Below, piece by piece: positions 17,054 through 25,280 of a DNA stretch of 37,902 nucleotides. Every line of letters starts with the position of its first letter. Within the stretch, counting starts at the first letter, position 1. Location of the stretch: the IMG/VR virus record IMGVR_UViG_3300032280_000446, positions 1 through 37,902 of that record. The stretch is one strand, 5' to 3'. This DNA comes from a virus. Lineage: Duplodnaviria; Caudoviricetes. The notes under the pieces are model-generated. The model searched no databases and was not told the DNA's origin. It saw nothing but the letters and a program-made list of their open reading frames with translations. A program made the translations under genes and the position numbers.

Positions 17054-18871
17054 ATGGACAAAATAACTTTTTGTACATTCTTTTTTGATATAGAGCGCGG
17101 AAACTGGGATACATTTACCGTGCATAACAATACATATATGTATTGGTTTAAAAATTTACTTTCACTCGATATCAATCTTTATATTAAAACAGAAAGTAAA
17201 TTTGTTGAAACGATACGAGAAGCAAGAAAAAATATAGATCCTAGCAAGACTATTATCGAAGAAGTATCTATAAAAGATTTAACTTCGTATAAACTGTTCA
17301 ATACAAAACTTGAACAGTTAATGTATTCAGATGAGTTTAGAAATATAGTAGTACACTCAGATGTACCAGAAATGTCTAAACCTTTATATAACGTTCTCAT
17401 GTTTGAGAAGGTTAACTTTTTAAAAGATGTGGTAAGAGACAATCCTTTTAATACAGAATATTTTAGTTGGGTTGATGCAGGGTTTATACGAAGTGAGGAT
17501 GATTTAAAGGGTATTGCGTCATGGCCAGATCTAGATAAATTAGATATTAAAGAAAACAAAACAAAGTTTTTCTGCATAAACAAAAATATAAACGACCACG
17601 TACCAAACATTAAAGATCATTTACTCTCACAAATGAGACTAATAAAAGGAACAGTTTTCTTTTTACATAAAAACGCTATTGGTCAATTATGCACTCTTTT
17701 TAATAGCAAGGTTGAGGAGTATATTAATAAAGGAGTTATCGGTAGTGATGAAAAAATATTTGATATTTGTTATATGGCGTCTCCTGAATTGTTTGATTTG
17801 TATCAATGTGACTGGAGAGAAGAGTTAAACTTATTTGCTGTTAAGAAAAATTATTGCAAAAAAACATACGATTTAATCGCTGAATGGGATTTTAATGAAA
17901 TTGATAGAACAGATATAGAAGATATAAATTTTTGGTTCTTTTCTATAGAAGACAGAAATAACAACGTGTTATTAAGAGATGATATTAATTTTGAAAACGG
18001 ATTTGAATTATTTCAGGGGCTACGAACTTATAAACGTGTTAAAGTTACGACAGATAAAAAACCGGAAAAGTTTGTCTTATGGCCTAATTCTCATAGTAGA
18101 GGTTATTTAAATTCGACTAAAAAAAATGTTAAGTTCGTTGTAGATAGTATTGACGGATTAGAGGAAAAAAACGTAGATATTGTACCTATTACAACAAAAA
18201 TTGATGAATTTTATTATGTAAATTTGACAAGAAGAACTGATAGATTTGCTTTTATTAATAACGAAATTAAGAAAAGTAACGTTTTAACTAACTATATACA
18301 AAGATGGGAGGCATTAGATGGTAGAGATATACACCCGTCAATACTACCTCGGGATGTTTTAACCAAACGTGGTTGTGATGATATAATGTCAGGTGTACCG
18401 AACGCGAGAGGGCTGAGCCTAACACCAGGTGGTCTGGGGTATTACTTAACTCATGCTAAAATTTTCGAACACGCTGTTGAAAATAACAAAACAATATTTG
18501 TAATGGATGACGATGTTGTTGTGAATGATGATTTTGATATTTTATTAGCTAACGTATTAAAGGATTTACCAGAAACATTTGACTTTTGTTATTTAGGGTA
18601 CTACGAGACTCCGTTTACTAAAGATAAACAATTAGATAATGTTTTTATTCCAAAGGGACAAATATGTGGCCCTCACGGTTATATTGTATCTCCAACTGGA
18701 GCGAGTAAATTACTCAAATATATATACCCAATGGATATTCAGCTCGGTACAAAACTTTATACTATACAAGACAGTATTAATTACTACGCAAGTAATGAAA
18801 GATTACTAATATATAGTGATCAGTTAGAAACGGATGTTCAGCATGAAGCTGGTTGTATAAGAAATTATTAG
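17054..18871 (+). CDS. Three-domain protein: HtrL/YibB-like GT, Trp-rich linker domain, GT25
   Basis: N: TFFFDI.R..W, Y..LM..K, NPFNTEYFSWVDAG. C: YVNL.RR.DR, EALDGR, G.YLTH, DDDV, YLGY, HGYIVS..GA.KLL. Confidence 0.8.
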   Translation: MDKITFCTFFFDIERGNWDTFTVHNNTYMYWFKNLLSLDINLYIKTESKFVETIREARKNIDPSKTIIEEVSIKDLTSYKLFNTKLEQLMYSDEFRNIVVHSDVPEMSKPLYNVLMFEKVNFLKDVVRDNPFNTEYFSWVDAGFIRSEDDLKGIASWPDLDKLDIKENKTKFFCINKNINDHVPNIKDHLLSQMRLIKGTVFFLHKNAIGQLCTLFNSKVEEYINKGVIGSDEKIFDICYMASPELFDLYQCDWREELNLFAVKKNYCKKTYDLIAEWDFNEIDRTDIEDINFWFFSIEDRNNNVLLRDDINFENGFELFQGLRTYKRVKVTTDKKPEKFVLWPNSHSRGYLNSTKKNVKFVVDSIDGLEEKNVDIVPITTKIDEFYYVNLTRRTDRFAFINNEIKKSNVLTNYIQRWEALDGRDIHPSILPRDVLTKRGCDDIMSGVPNARGLSLTPGGLGYYLTHAKIFEHAVENNKTIFVMDDDVVVNDDFDILLANVLKDLPETFDFCYLGYYETPFTKDKQLDNVFIPKGQICGPHGYIVSPTGASKLLKYIYPMDIQLGTKLYTIQDSINYYASNERLLIYSDQLETDVQHEAGCIRNY

Positions 18872-18872
18872 G

Positions 18873-18900
18873 TGCTCCTGGTGCCCAAACCGAAGCTGAA
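18873..18900. repeat. Imperfect inverted repeat arm in the hsp20 3' UTR
   Basis: TGCTCCTGGTGCCCAAACCGAAGCTGAA; nearly the reverse complement of 19433-19457. Confidence 0.75.
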
Positions 18901-18907
18901 TTAAAAC

Positions 18908-19393
18908 TTAGTTAACCTTAACGTCGATATTTACGACCTCCGGTTTTCTTACAGGGACGCGTACTCGCAGTAACCCGTCCGTGTATGTTGATGATATGTT
19001 CTTAACGTCCGTGTTCTCATTAAGAGTAAACGACAATTGTCCCTTTCTCTTACTGATTCCTTTACGGAGATAGACAGTATGCTCATCAAGCTCTGCCTCT
19101 TCTTTACTCACATTAATAATAAGCTTATTTTCTTTAACGCTTACATTAATGTTATCTTTACCGGCTCCAGCTAGAGCTACTTCAATATGATAAACATATG
19201 GAGTACCTTCTGGATCGGTCTCTGCTACGATGTTATAAGGATAAACTGCATTTGGAACGTCAAATGCTTTGTCAAGGTCCTTAAACACTTCACTAAACCA
19301 GCTGTCGTTAAACAGGGCAGGAAGCTGATTAATTCCTGAACCTGTAGCAGGAATAACCCTGCCAATTGTGTATGGTTGTATTGTTGTTGTCAT
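18908..19393 (-). CDS. hsp20: Small heat-shock protein (Hsp20/IbpA family)
   Basis: YPYNI, IEVALAG, YLRKGIS.R, Y.DGLL.V.VP; AAAGGAG Shine-Dalgarno; TATAAATA at 19462-19469 on the minus strand. Confidence 0.95.
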   Translation of the reverse strand: MTTTIQPYTIGRVIPATGSGINQLPALFNDSWFSEVFKDLDKAFDVPNAVYPYNIVAETDPEGTPYVYHIEVALAGAGKDNINVSVKENKLIINVSKEEAELDEHTVYLRKGISKRKGQLSFTLNENTDVKNISSTYTDGLLRVRVPVRKPEVVNIDVKVN

Positions 19394-19432
19394 ATTTGTT
19401 CTCCTTTGTTAAGCGAGTTTGATATGTTTTGC

Positions 19433-19457
19433 TTCAGTCCGGTTGGGCACCAGAGCA
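19433..19457. repeat. Imperfect inverted repeat arm in the hsp20 5' UTR
   Basis: TTCAGTCCGGTTGGGCACCAGAGCA, immediately downstream of the minus-strand late promoter. Confidence 0.75.
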
Positions 19458-19510
19458 ATATTATTTATACTAGCTTTTTTAATAGTTTCAAGAATAAATA
19501 TAAGAAATAT

Positions 19511-19885
19511 ATGTCGCTTATCCCACTTCTTACTGCTACACCTAACGGAGAATCTCCCTATTATAACCCCGGAATGGCTGAAACTTTTTCGTGGATACCT
19601 ATTGACGGTGCTAACAGACCGCTTTTTGCTAAAGCAACGTATGACGTAAACTATGCAGCTGAAACCGGTCAGAACGGTGCTTCCTATTTTACTGGAAATT
19701 CTGTACTTTCTACCGGTCAATGGTATGCTATACAGTTTATAGCTGATACCGTGTTTGATGCACTATCTTGCAATTGGACAGGACCTAGTGTTGGCAGTAC
19801 ATCCTTTAAAGCAGGCACTATAATTTACGGTACCTTTACTGCTATTGATATTGCTTCTGGTACTTGTATTGCCTACAATATATAA
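19511..19885 (+). CDS. Putative virion structural protein
   Basis: Start MSLIPLL follows AATAAATA; N-terminal module shared with the ORF at 25281. Confidence 0.7.
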   Translation: MSLIPLLTATPNGESPYYNPGMAETFSWIPIDGANRPLFAKATYDVNYAAETGQNGASYFTGNSVLSTGQWYAIQFIADTVFDALSCNWTGPSVGSTSFKAGTIIYGTFTAIDIASGTCIAYNI

Positions 19886-19891
19886 GCAGTC

Positions 19892-20878
19892 ATGCCTAAA
19901 CTAGGTCTTAGAAATACATCTTTAGCCGCTGTTTATAACAGCGCTGGCCCTTCTCCATTACTTAATGGGCTAATTCATTACTGGAACTTTAATGATACAA
20001 TAACCATAACGTCCGGATCTGCGTGGTACACTCCGCAAGCAGGAAATGTTTACCTTAAAAAGAGGCTGTATGGCGCAAATGGGTCTGACGTTGCACAATT
20101 CATTGGCCCGACAACCCCCCTTGGCTCATCTATATACTATGACCCATCAATAGAGGGAGATTTCGTTATCACCGCTCCAATGGGTATGGGTGGTAATGGT
20201 GATGTTTCAAATTGGGGAATCAACCAAGGGATTTTAGGAAACTCGACTCACGCAGGAATAATTCATCAAGGAGGAGGGCCGCCAAAGCGTGTTTCTAATT
20301 GTTTGTATTCAACTCTAAATAATCAAAATGCAGAAGCCAATATTCAAGCACTTGGTACAACTTTTACCATAAACTTTTGGGCAAAGTTTGATGTAACTGA
20401 TGTAAATCTTGGGACTGCACTTATTACAAAAGCGGTCAGAGCATTAGCTTCTCCTGCATCATTCACAATGGGATTTACAGGAAATCAATTAATTGCGGTT
20501 GTATCTGACAATCTATTATACCAAGTTGATGATTACTCTTATAATGGAGTTTTATGTTCTTTGCCCGGATATGTAACTTTTGCAGACAACACTTGGAGGA
20601 TGATTAGTCTTGTTTGTGATGGAAGCCAAGCGGTTTTTTATGTTAATGCATCTTCTGATAATGGTAATGGTGACGGCTCAAACATTGCTCAGATTTTAGG
20701 ATCAGTTGACGCGCAGGCCCTGCCTCTGAATATAAACTTTGATTACTCTACATTTGGCGGTGGCTTCGATTGCCTTCATTCTGGAATAGATGAATTCGGC
20801 ATTTGGAATAGAGCATTATCGGTTGCAGAAATCCAATCATTATATAATGGCGGAGCAGCAAAGGCATACCCATTTTAA
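19892..20878 (+). CDS. LamG/concanavalin A-like domain virion protein
   Basis: GLIHYWNFN, FTINFWAK, W..I.LV.DG....FYVN, IDEFGIWNRALS..EI..LYN. Confidence 0.85.
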   Translation: MPKLGLRNTSLAAVYNSAGPSPLLNGLIHYWNFNDTITITSGSAWYTPQAGNVYLKKRLYGANGSDVAQFIGPTTPLGSSIYYDPSIEGDFVITAPMGMGGNGDVSNWGINQGILGNSTHAGIIHQGGGPPKRVSNCLYSTLNNQNAEANIQALGTTFTINFWAKFDVTDVNLGTALITKAVRALASPASFTMGFTGNQLIAVVSDNLLYQVDDYSYNGVLCSLPGYVTFADNTWRMISLVCDGSQAVFYVNASSDNGNGDGSNIAQILGSVDAQALPLNINFDYSTFGGGFDCLHSGIDEFGIWNRALSVAEIQSLYNGGAAKAYPF

Positions 20879-20887
20879 TAATTTTAC

Positions 20888-21064
20888 ATGAGCGATAACA
20901 TTTCCCAATCTGACGTAGGCCCAACAAGCGCAATTATTTCGTTGGTTTCTCTTATTATTAGTTTCTTTGACGCAACCCATGTCTGGCTCCAAAACCTAAC
21001 CTTGCTTGTGTCGCTATTAGCTGGTTTGATAGCAATCTACGCAGTTATAATACTAAACTTGTAA
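20888..21064 (+). CDS. Small two-TM membrane protein, holin-like (not in ORF track)
   Basis: MSDNISQSDVGPTSAIISLVSLIISFFDATHVWLQNLTLLVSLLAGLIAIYAVIILNL*. Confidence 0.55.
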   Translation: MSDNISQSDVGPTSAIISLVSLIISFFDATHVWLQNLTLLVSLLAGLIAIYAVIILNL

Positions 21065-21201
21065 AAGAGTTTATTTCGAAAGGTTTTATTGGGTTGCAAT
21101 TCTTTTTTTGCACTTACTATTCTCTTCTTTTTAGCCAACAAGGAAACGTGTTTTTCTAATTCTGCTTAGGCTTCTTCTTCTGTTCTGAAGATATCAGTCA
21201 A
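21037..21201 (-). pseudogene. Interrupted paralog of ORF 25017-25235
   Basis: LTDIFRTEEEA*AELEKHVSLLAKKKRIVSAKKELQPNKTFRNKLFYKFSIITA*; in-frame TAA at 21166-21168. Confidence 0.6.
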
Positions 21202-21554
21202 GTATTTTTTTCTTTTAATTTAGCGTTCCAAATTTTAGCATCTTTAACACTCTTCGGATTAATGTTTTTATAATCTCCTAAGTGACCAATAAGTATGTGA
21301 CAAATAATACCGTAACTAGCACTTTCACATAATGTAATAAGATTAGAAGTCTCTAATTCAAGTTCTGGGTGGAGATGAAACGGTTTGATATGATGTACAT
21401 TTAATTGTTTTGTACCTTCACATACTGCACATTTTGGATTTTTTTTGAGATGCTCACTACGAACAGCTGCCCATTTCGGGGATCTTTGCGGACCGTCGCT
21501 AGGTATTTTACCTTGTGCTATATCTCTTGCATGTATCAAACGTGTGGACGCCAT
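21198..21554 (-). CDS. HNH endonuclease
   Basis: RS.KW..VR..HL..NP.CAVC....LNVHHIKP...NLITLC....CH...GH; start at 21554, because the longer frame overlaps the tmRNA. Confidence 0.88.
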   Translation of the reverse strand: MASTRLIHARDIAQGKIPSDGPQRSPKWAAVRSEHLKKNPKCAVCEGTKQLNVHHIKPFHLHPELELETSNLITLCESASYGIICHILIGHLGDYKNINPKSVKDAKIWNAKLKEKNT

Positions 21555-21574
21555 ACATATACTTATAATAAAAA

Positions 21575-22022
21575 TGGTGGAGGCGAGGGGAGTCGAACCC
21601 CTGTGTTCATAATGTTTTATTTGTATGTCTACATGCTTAGAACGACTTCGTACTTTCGTTGACTCCAGGTAACGAGGTGTCGCCGACCTATCTATGTTTA
21701 TAGTCCTACCTGTATGCGTGATTAACGACCACATACCACCGCTTGCACTCAATTTTCTAAGAATCACAAGATCTTCTAAACCTATTATTTTTCCAAAAGT
21801 TTTAATAGGATCTACTTTTGGCGTTTTAGGCGGCCATAAGACAAAGCTCGTCTTCGCTAGCGAAGAGAGACTCTGCCATATTTGTCACGAATGACTTGAC
21901 CGACTTAACTGCATTAGCTATTGCTTTTGCGTTTATGTTTTGATTACCTTTTATAGTGGCCAGGTGATCAACCACTGCATGCAATACAAACCCCGATTAT
22001 GAGTCGAAACCTGTACGCCCCC
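21575..22022 (-). ncRNA. ssrA: tmRNA
   Basis: 5' GGGGGCGTACAGGTTTCGAC; 3' AGGGGTTCGACTCCCCTCGCCTCCACCA; G3-U70 Ala identity; resume context ATAAAC-GCA; tag frame ends ...LMAA*. Confidence 0.92.
21826..21930 (-). other. tmRNA tag reading frame (34 aa)
   Basis: AKAIANAVKSVKSFVTNMAESLFASEDELCLMAA*. Confidence 0.75.
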
Positions 22023-22026
22023 AAGA

Positions 22027-22704
22027 TTATTTATTAAAGAACGATAGAAAGATCTCCTTAAGAGCTTTCGAAGTTTGTTTTATAGATTTTATCTCAGATT
22101 TATTAAATTTCAAGTCTAAAATTTGTTTAGTATCTATAGTTAGATAAGCATTAAGTTCATCGAGAAGTAACTTCTTGCAGTACCCAAGCTCAATGAGATG
22201 TTTATATACTTTATTCTTTACAGATACTCTTAAACCTTTTAAAATACTATTAACTTTACTTTTGTATGTTTTATTTAAGCTATAAAAGGCATGACACATC
22301 TCATGTTCAAATGTATCTTTCTCGTTACCATTTGTACCAATTAAATAAAAATTATCACTACCTGTTATTTTTTTAGCTTGGTTATACATATCTTTCATTA
22401 AATGATCATATGTATTAGTATCTTCTATACCTTGAGAGAAGAGAGCAGTAAGAGTTTTACCCGGGACATTAAAACCTGCCCAGTCTTCTGGGTAGGTAAA
22501 TACAATTTCATTTCTATCTTTTACATAAATGCGCATAAACTCATTTATAGTAAATTTTTTACCACGAATTGATTTATAAGGTGATTCGTAAAATTCCTGA
22601 GCTCTACAAAAAGTCATTGTAAGATCATATTGATCCTCAATAACAGCGTGGAATATATTACTCGCTACCTGATGTAACTTTACATCAACAGGTGGTTGCT
22701 TCAT
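22027..22704 (-). CDS. Hypothetical protein with HExxH motif
   Basis: R.QEFYESP, DWAGFNVP, HEMCHA, DELNAY. Confidence 0.75.
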   Translation of the reverse strand: MKQPPVDVKLHQVASNIFHAVIEDQYDLTMTFCRAQEFYESPYKSIRGKKFTINEFMRIYVKDRNEIVFTYPEDWAGFNVPGKTLTALFSQGIEDTNTYDHLMKDMYNQAKKITGSDNFYLIGTNGNEKDTFEHEMCHAFYSLNKTYKSKVNSILKGLRVSVKNKVYKHLIELGYCKKLLLDELNAYLTIDTKQILDLKFNKSEIKSIKQTSKALKEIFLSFFNK

Positions 22705-23336
22705 TAGGCAAGATTACGAATGATCCACATCTGAAGCTTTTGAATCTTTTGTTGAAGACTATAAAGAATCTTTGATACATTGTTCCATAGAGTAGTCCAG
22801 TATCTGAAAGTAACCTTATTCAGAATTTTCTTAGTCCTAGTCCAAGGATGTTTCTCGTAAGCTTCTTGTTTATCTTTCCAATGCTTCTCATCAGCTGCAT
22901 TCTCTTCAGCAGTACGAATAATCTTTGCACTATCAAGAACAAGCTTCTGAAGCTTACCATTTACAAAAGTAGCCGTAAATTCTACGTCCCAGGTATTATC
23001 ATCTTTATCTTCTCTATAGTAATAAAAGTTAACAAGACCTGTATAAACATACTTTTCATACTTTCGACTCTTTTCTACGAATTCGTAAGGCCAGCAAAAC
23101 TTCTTTTGTTTACGTATCTTCTTTTCTTCTTCTTCTGAAATTACACGAACTGATTCTCCCTCAACTTTTAAAATACTAAGTGTTCCATTTTTAGTAATAG
23201 AGTAAGTAGTCATCGTATTATCCAAATCTTTAGTTTGGAAGTCAACTTTAGACCAATCAGTTTCAGGAAAAGCTAACTTAACCTCTTTAGTAAGAGGTAG
23301 CTTTTTCTCGCAAAATATAGTATCGAATAATCCCAT
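22704..23336 (-). CDS. Hypothetical phage protein
   Basis: 210 aa; MGLFD.I...FQTKDLD...EFTATFVNGKL. Confidence 0.75.
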   Translation of the reverse strand: MGLFDTIFCEKKLPLTKEVKLAFPETDWSKVDFQTKDLDNTMTTYSITKNGTLSILKVEGESVRVISEEEEKKIRKQKKFCWPYEFVEKSRKYEKYVYTGLVNFYYYREDKDDNTWDVEFTATFVNGKLQKLVLDSAKIIRTAEENAADEKHWKDKQEAYEKHPWTRTKKILNKVTFRYWTTLWNNVSKILYSLQQKIQKLQMWIIRNLA

Positions 23337-23355
23337 TTCTATATAATATATACAT

Positions 23356-23979
23356 TTAGATTATAGGCAACACCTTTTTGTAAAATGTATTAAACATTGA
23401 TTCGTTCGTGTTAATTTTATTAAATTCTTGTTCAAGGTATTTTTCTATTTCTTGATTTGAATTAAAAAGACTAGCCTGTAGTTTAATTGCTGTACCGCCT
23501 TTATTGTTCCAAGCATCTACGTAGGGTTGAAAATCATCAATGAGTACATTAGATGTACCATCTGAGTTAACAGCATGTACAGATTTATCTTTGGGGAAAT
23601 GAGCTCCTTTAAAATATTTACCGTATTTTGGTATAATGTGTTTAGCTATCCAATCCTCTTTACCTGCTATACAATCCTTCGTATCAATAGGTGAAGGATG
23701 TGAACAAATATAAAAATGACCAAACTTTTCGATTACCTTTTTAATTAGAGTATCGTTAGTTGGGTAGGGTTCTAAATTAGCAAAGACGTCATATGAACCA
23801 CCAAGCTGATTGTAAAAGTCCTGCTTATTAGTCCAGATAGATCTAGCTTGAAGTTTTTCTTCGGTGGTTACGTCTTTATAATCCTTACCATAAATACGCT
23901 GACCGATAAAATCAAATAAATTTGCTAGGACTCCGTCAGCGTCCACGAACGCTTTAGTACCTGTTTTTAATATATCCAT
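23356..23979 (-). CDS. HAD-family 5'(3')-deoxyribonucleotidase-like protein
   Basis: FVDADGVLANL, FANLEP, ICS.P, GK..WI, LIDDF..Y...W...GG. Confidence 0.85.
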   Translation of the reverse strand: MDILKTGTKAFVDADGVLANLFDFIGQRIYGKDYKDVTTEEKLQARSIWTNKQDFYNQLGGSYDVFANLEPYPTNDTLIKKVIEKFGHFYICSHPSPIDTKDCIAGKEDWIAKHIIPKYGKYFKGAHFPKDKSVHAVNSDGTSNVLIDDFQPYVDAWNNKGGTAIKLQASLFNSNQEIEKYLEQEFNKINTNESMFNTFYKKVLPII

Positions 23980-23981
23980 AG

Positions 23982-24026
23982 CATAAATAATAATGCTGAT
24001 CGCGATGGTTGCAACATCCACCAGCA
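23982..24026 (+). promoter_or_regulatory. Late promoter plus leader hairpin of the homing endonuclease
   Basis: CATAAATA, then TGCTG...GATG-gttgcaa-CATC...CAGCA. Confidence 0.55.
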
Positions 24027-24043
24027 CTAACAATACATGAGAT

Positions 24044-24847
24044 ATGTCAGCTTATAATACTTATAATATAACTATACCAAAAGGCTATTATATTTACGCC
24101 TATCTGAGAAAAAAAGATTTTACACCTTATTATGTCGGTAAAGGCTGCAGTAAGAGAGCTTGGATAAAACATAACAACGTTAAAACTCCAAATAACAAAC
24201 AATTAATTGTTATTATGGAATCTAATTTAACAGAATTGGGTGCTTTTGCGTTAGAAAGAAGGTACATCAAATGGTATGGTAGAAAGGAACTTAATACTGG
24301 TATTCTATTAAATCGAACCGATGGTGGTGAAGGAGCTTCTAGACCCGGGCATTTAAACGCTATGTACGGTAAAACACACACAACAATAGTGAGACAGCGT
24401 ATAGGTAGATGTACTTCAACAAGAAATAAAAATAGTAGATGGTACAATAACGGTATTAAAAACACATTACAAATCAAACACCCTGGAGAAGGTTGGTCAT
24501 TTGGTAGAATAAATCAAAAACCGACAACATTAGGTTGGCGCTGGTACAACGACGGAAGCGAACAGCGTTCATGCAAGGAAAAACCTGAGGGAAGTAGTTG
24601 GGTTGAAGGTATGTTAGGTGAAAAAATAACTAAAACTTGTCAAGTTTGTAATAAAAAATTTGTAGTAACACCGTGTCATAACAAATACAAATGCTGTAGT
24701 AAAGAATGCGCAGGTATAATTCGTCGTAGAAGAATTACAAAGGTATGCTTAGCTTGCAATAAAGAGTTTGAAATACCAGTTTCAAAAATTAAACAAAAAT
24801 ACTGTAGTACAAAATGCGGGTATTCCTGGAATAAGTCTAACATTTAG
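24044..24847 (+). CDS. Free-standing GIY-YIG homing endonuclease with NUMOD3-like, WYNxG and Zn-ribbon modules
   Basis: YYIYAY...PYYVGKG...R, ALER..I, LLNRTDGGEG, N.MYGKTH, two RWYN.G repeats, two CxxC...CSxxC repeats; opposite strand to its neighbours. Confidence 0.88.
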   Translation: MSAYNTYNITIPKGYYIYAYLRKKDFTPYYVGKGCSKRAWIKHNNVKTPNNKQLIVIMESNLTELGAFALERRYIKWYGRKELNTGILLNRTDGGEGASRPGHLNAMYGKTHTTIVRQRIGRCTSTRNKNSRWYNNGIKNTLQIKHPGEGWSFGRINQKPTTLGWRWYNDGSEQRSCKEKPEGSSWVEGMLGEKITKTCQVCNKKFVVTPCHNKYKCCSKECAGIIRRRRITKVCLACNKEFEIPVSKIKQKYCSTKCGYSWNKSNI

Positions 24848-24853
24848 GGTTCA

Positions 24854-25027
24854 TTATTTACCTACATGCTTAAGCTCTATCTTAGGTTTACCCTGTGATA
24901 TGCTTACGAGTTTAATGCTCTCCCCTATTTTATCTTCAGGTACGTATTTGTACCCAGATGGATTAACGACAAAGAGACCCGTAATGTCCTTAGGGAAACA
25001 ACCCCTTAAAGCCTCTTTACTTTTCAT
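24854..25027 (-). CDS. Hypothetical protein (not in ORF track)
   Basis: 57 aa MKSKEALRGCFPKDITGLFVVNPSGYKYVP...; start overlaps the end of the upstream ORF. Confidence 0.5.
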   Translation of the reverse strand: MKSKEALRGCFPKDITGLFVVNPSGYKYVPEDKIGESIKLVSISQGKPKIELKHVGK

Positions 25028-25235
25028 TTTTTTCTGCTGTAATGACTGTAAATTTATAAGGTATTAAGTTATTAGCAAGCTTTTTTTCACTAACTAATTC
25101 TTTTTTAGCTGAAACAATCAATTTTTTCTCTGAAAGTTTAGTAACAAAATCTTTTAAAATTTTATCAGCTGTAGCTGAATCTTTACATAAAGCGGTCCAT
25201 TTTTCAATGTTATGATCGACTTTATGCTTCGTCAT
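25017..25235 (-). CDS. Small basic late protein
   Basis: 72 aa; TAAATA 7 nt upstream; paralog remnant at 21037-21201. Confidence 0.7.
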   Translation of the reverse strand: MTKHKVDHNIEKWTALCKDSATADKILKDFVTKLSEKKLIVSAKKELVSEKKLANNLIPYKFTVITAEKNEK

Positions 25236-25280
25236 TGTTTAATATTTATTCTTTTTGACTTAAATAACATTATATACAAT

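Noticed and set aside
21555-21894. N-terminal extension of the HNH ORF to 21767 and ORFs 21405-21662 and 21694-21894
   Set aside because: They overlap the tmRNA or the HNH antisense strand; shadow frames.
23980-24900. Group I intron around the GIY-YIG gene
   Set aside because: Flanking genes appear intact, there is little non-coding space, and I see no recognisable P7 core.
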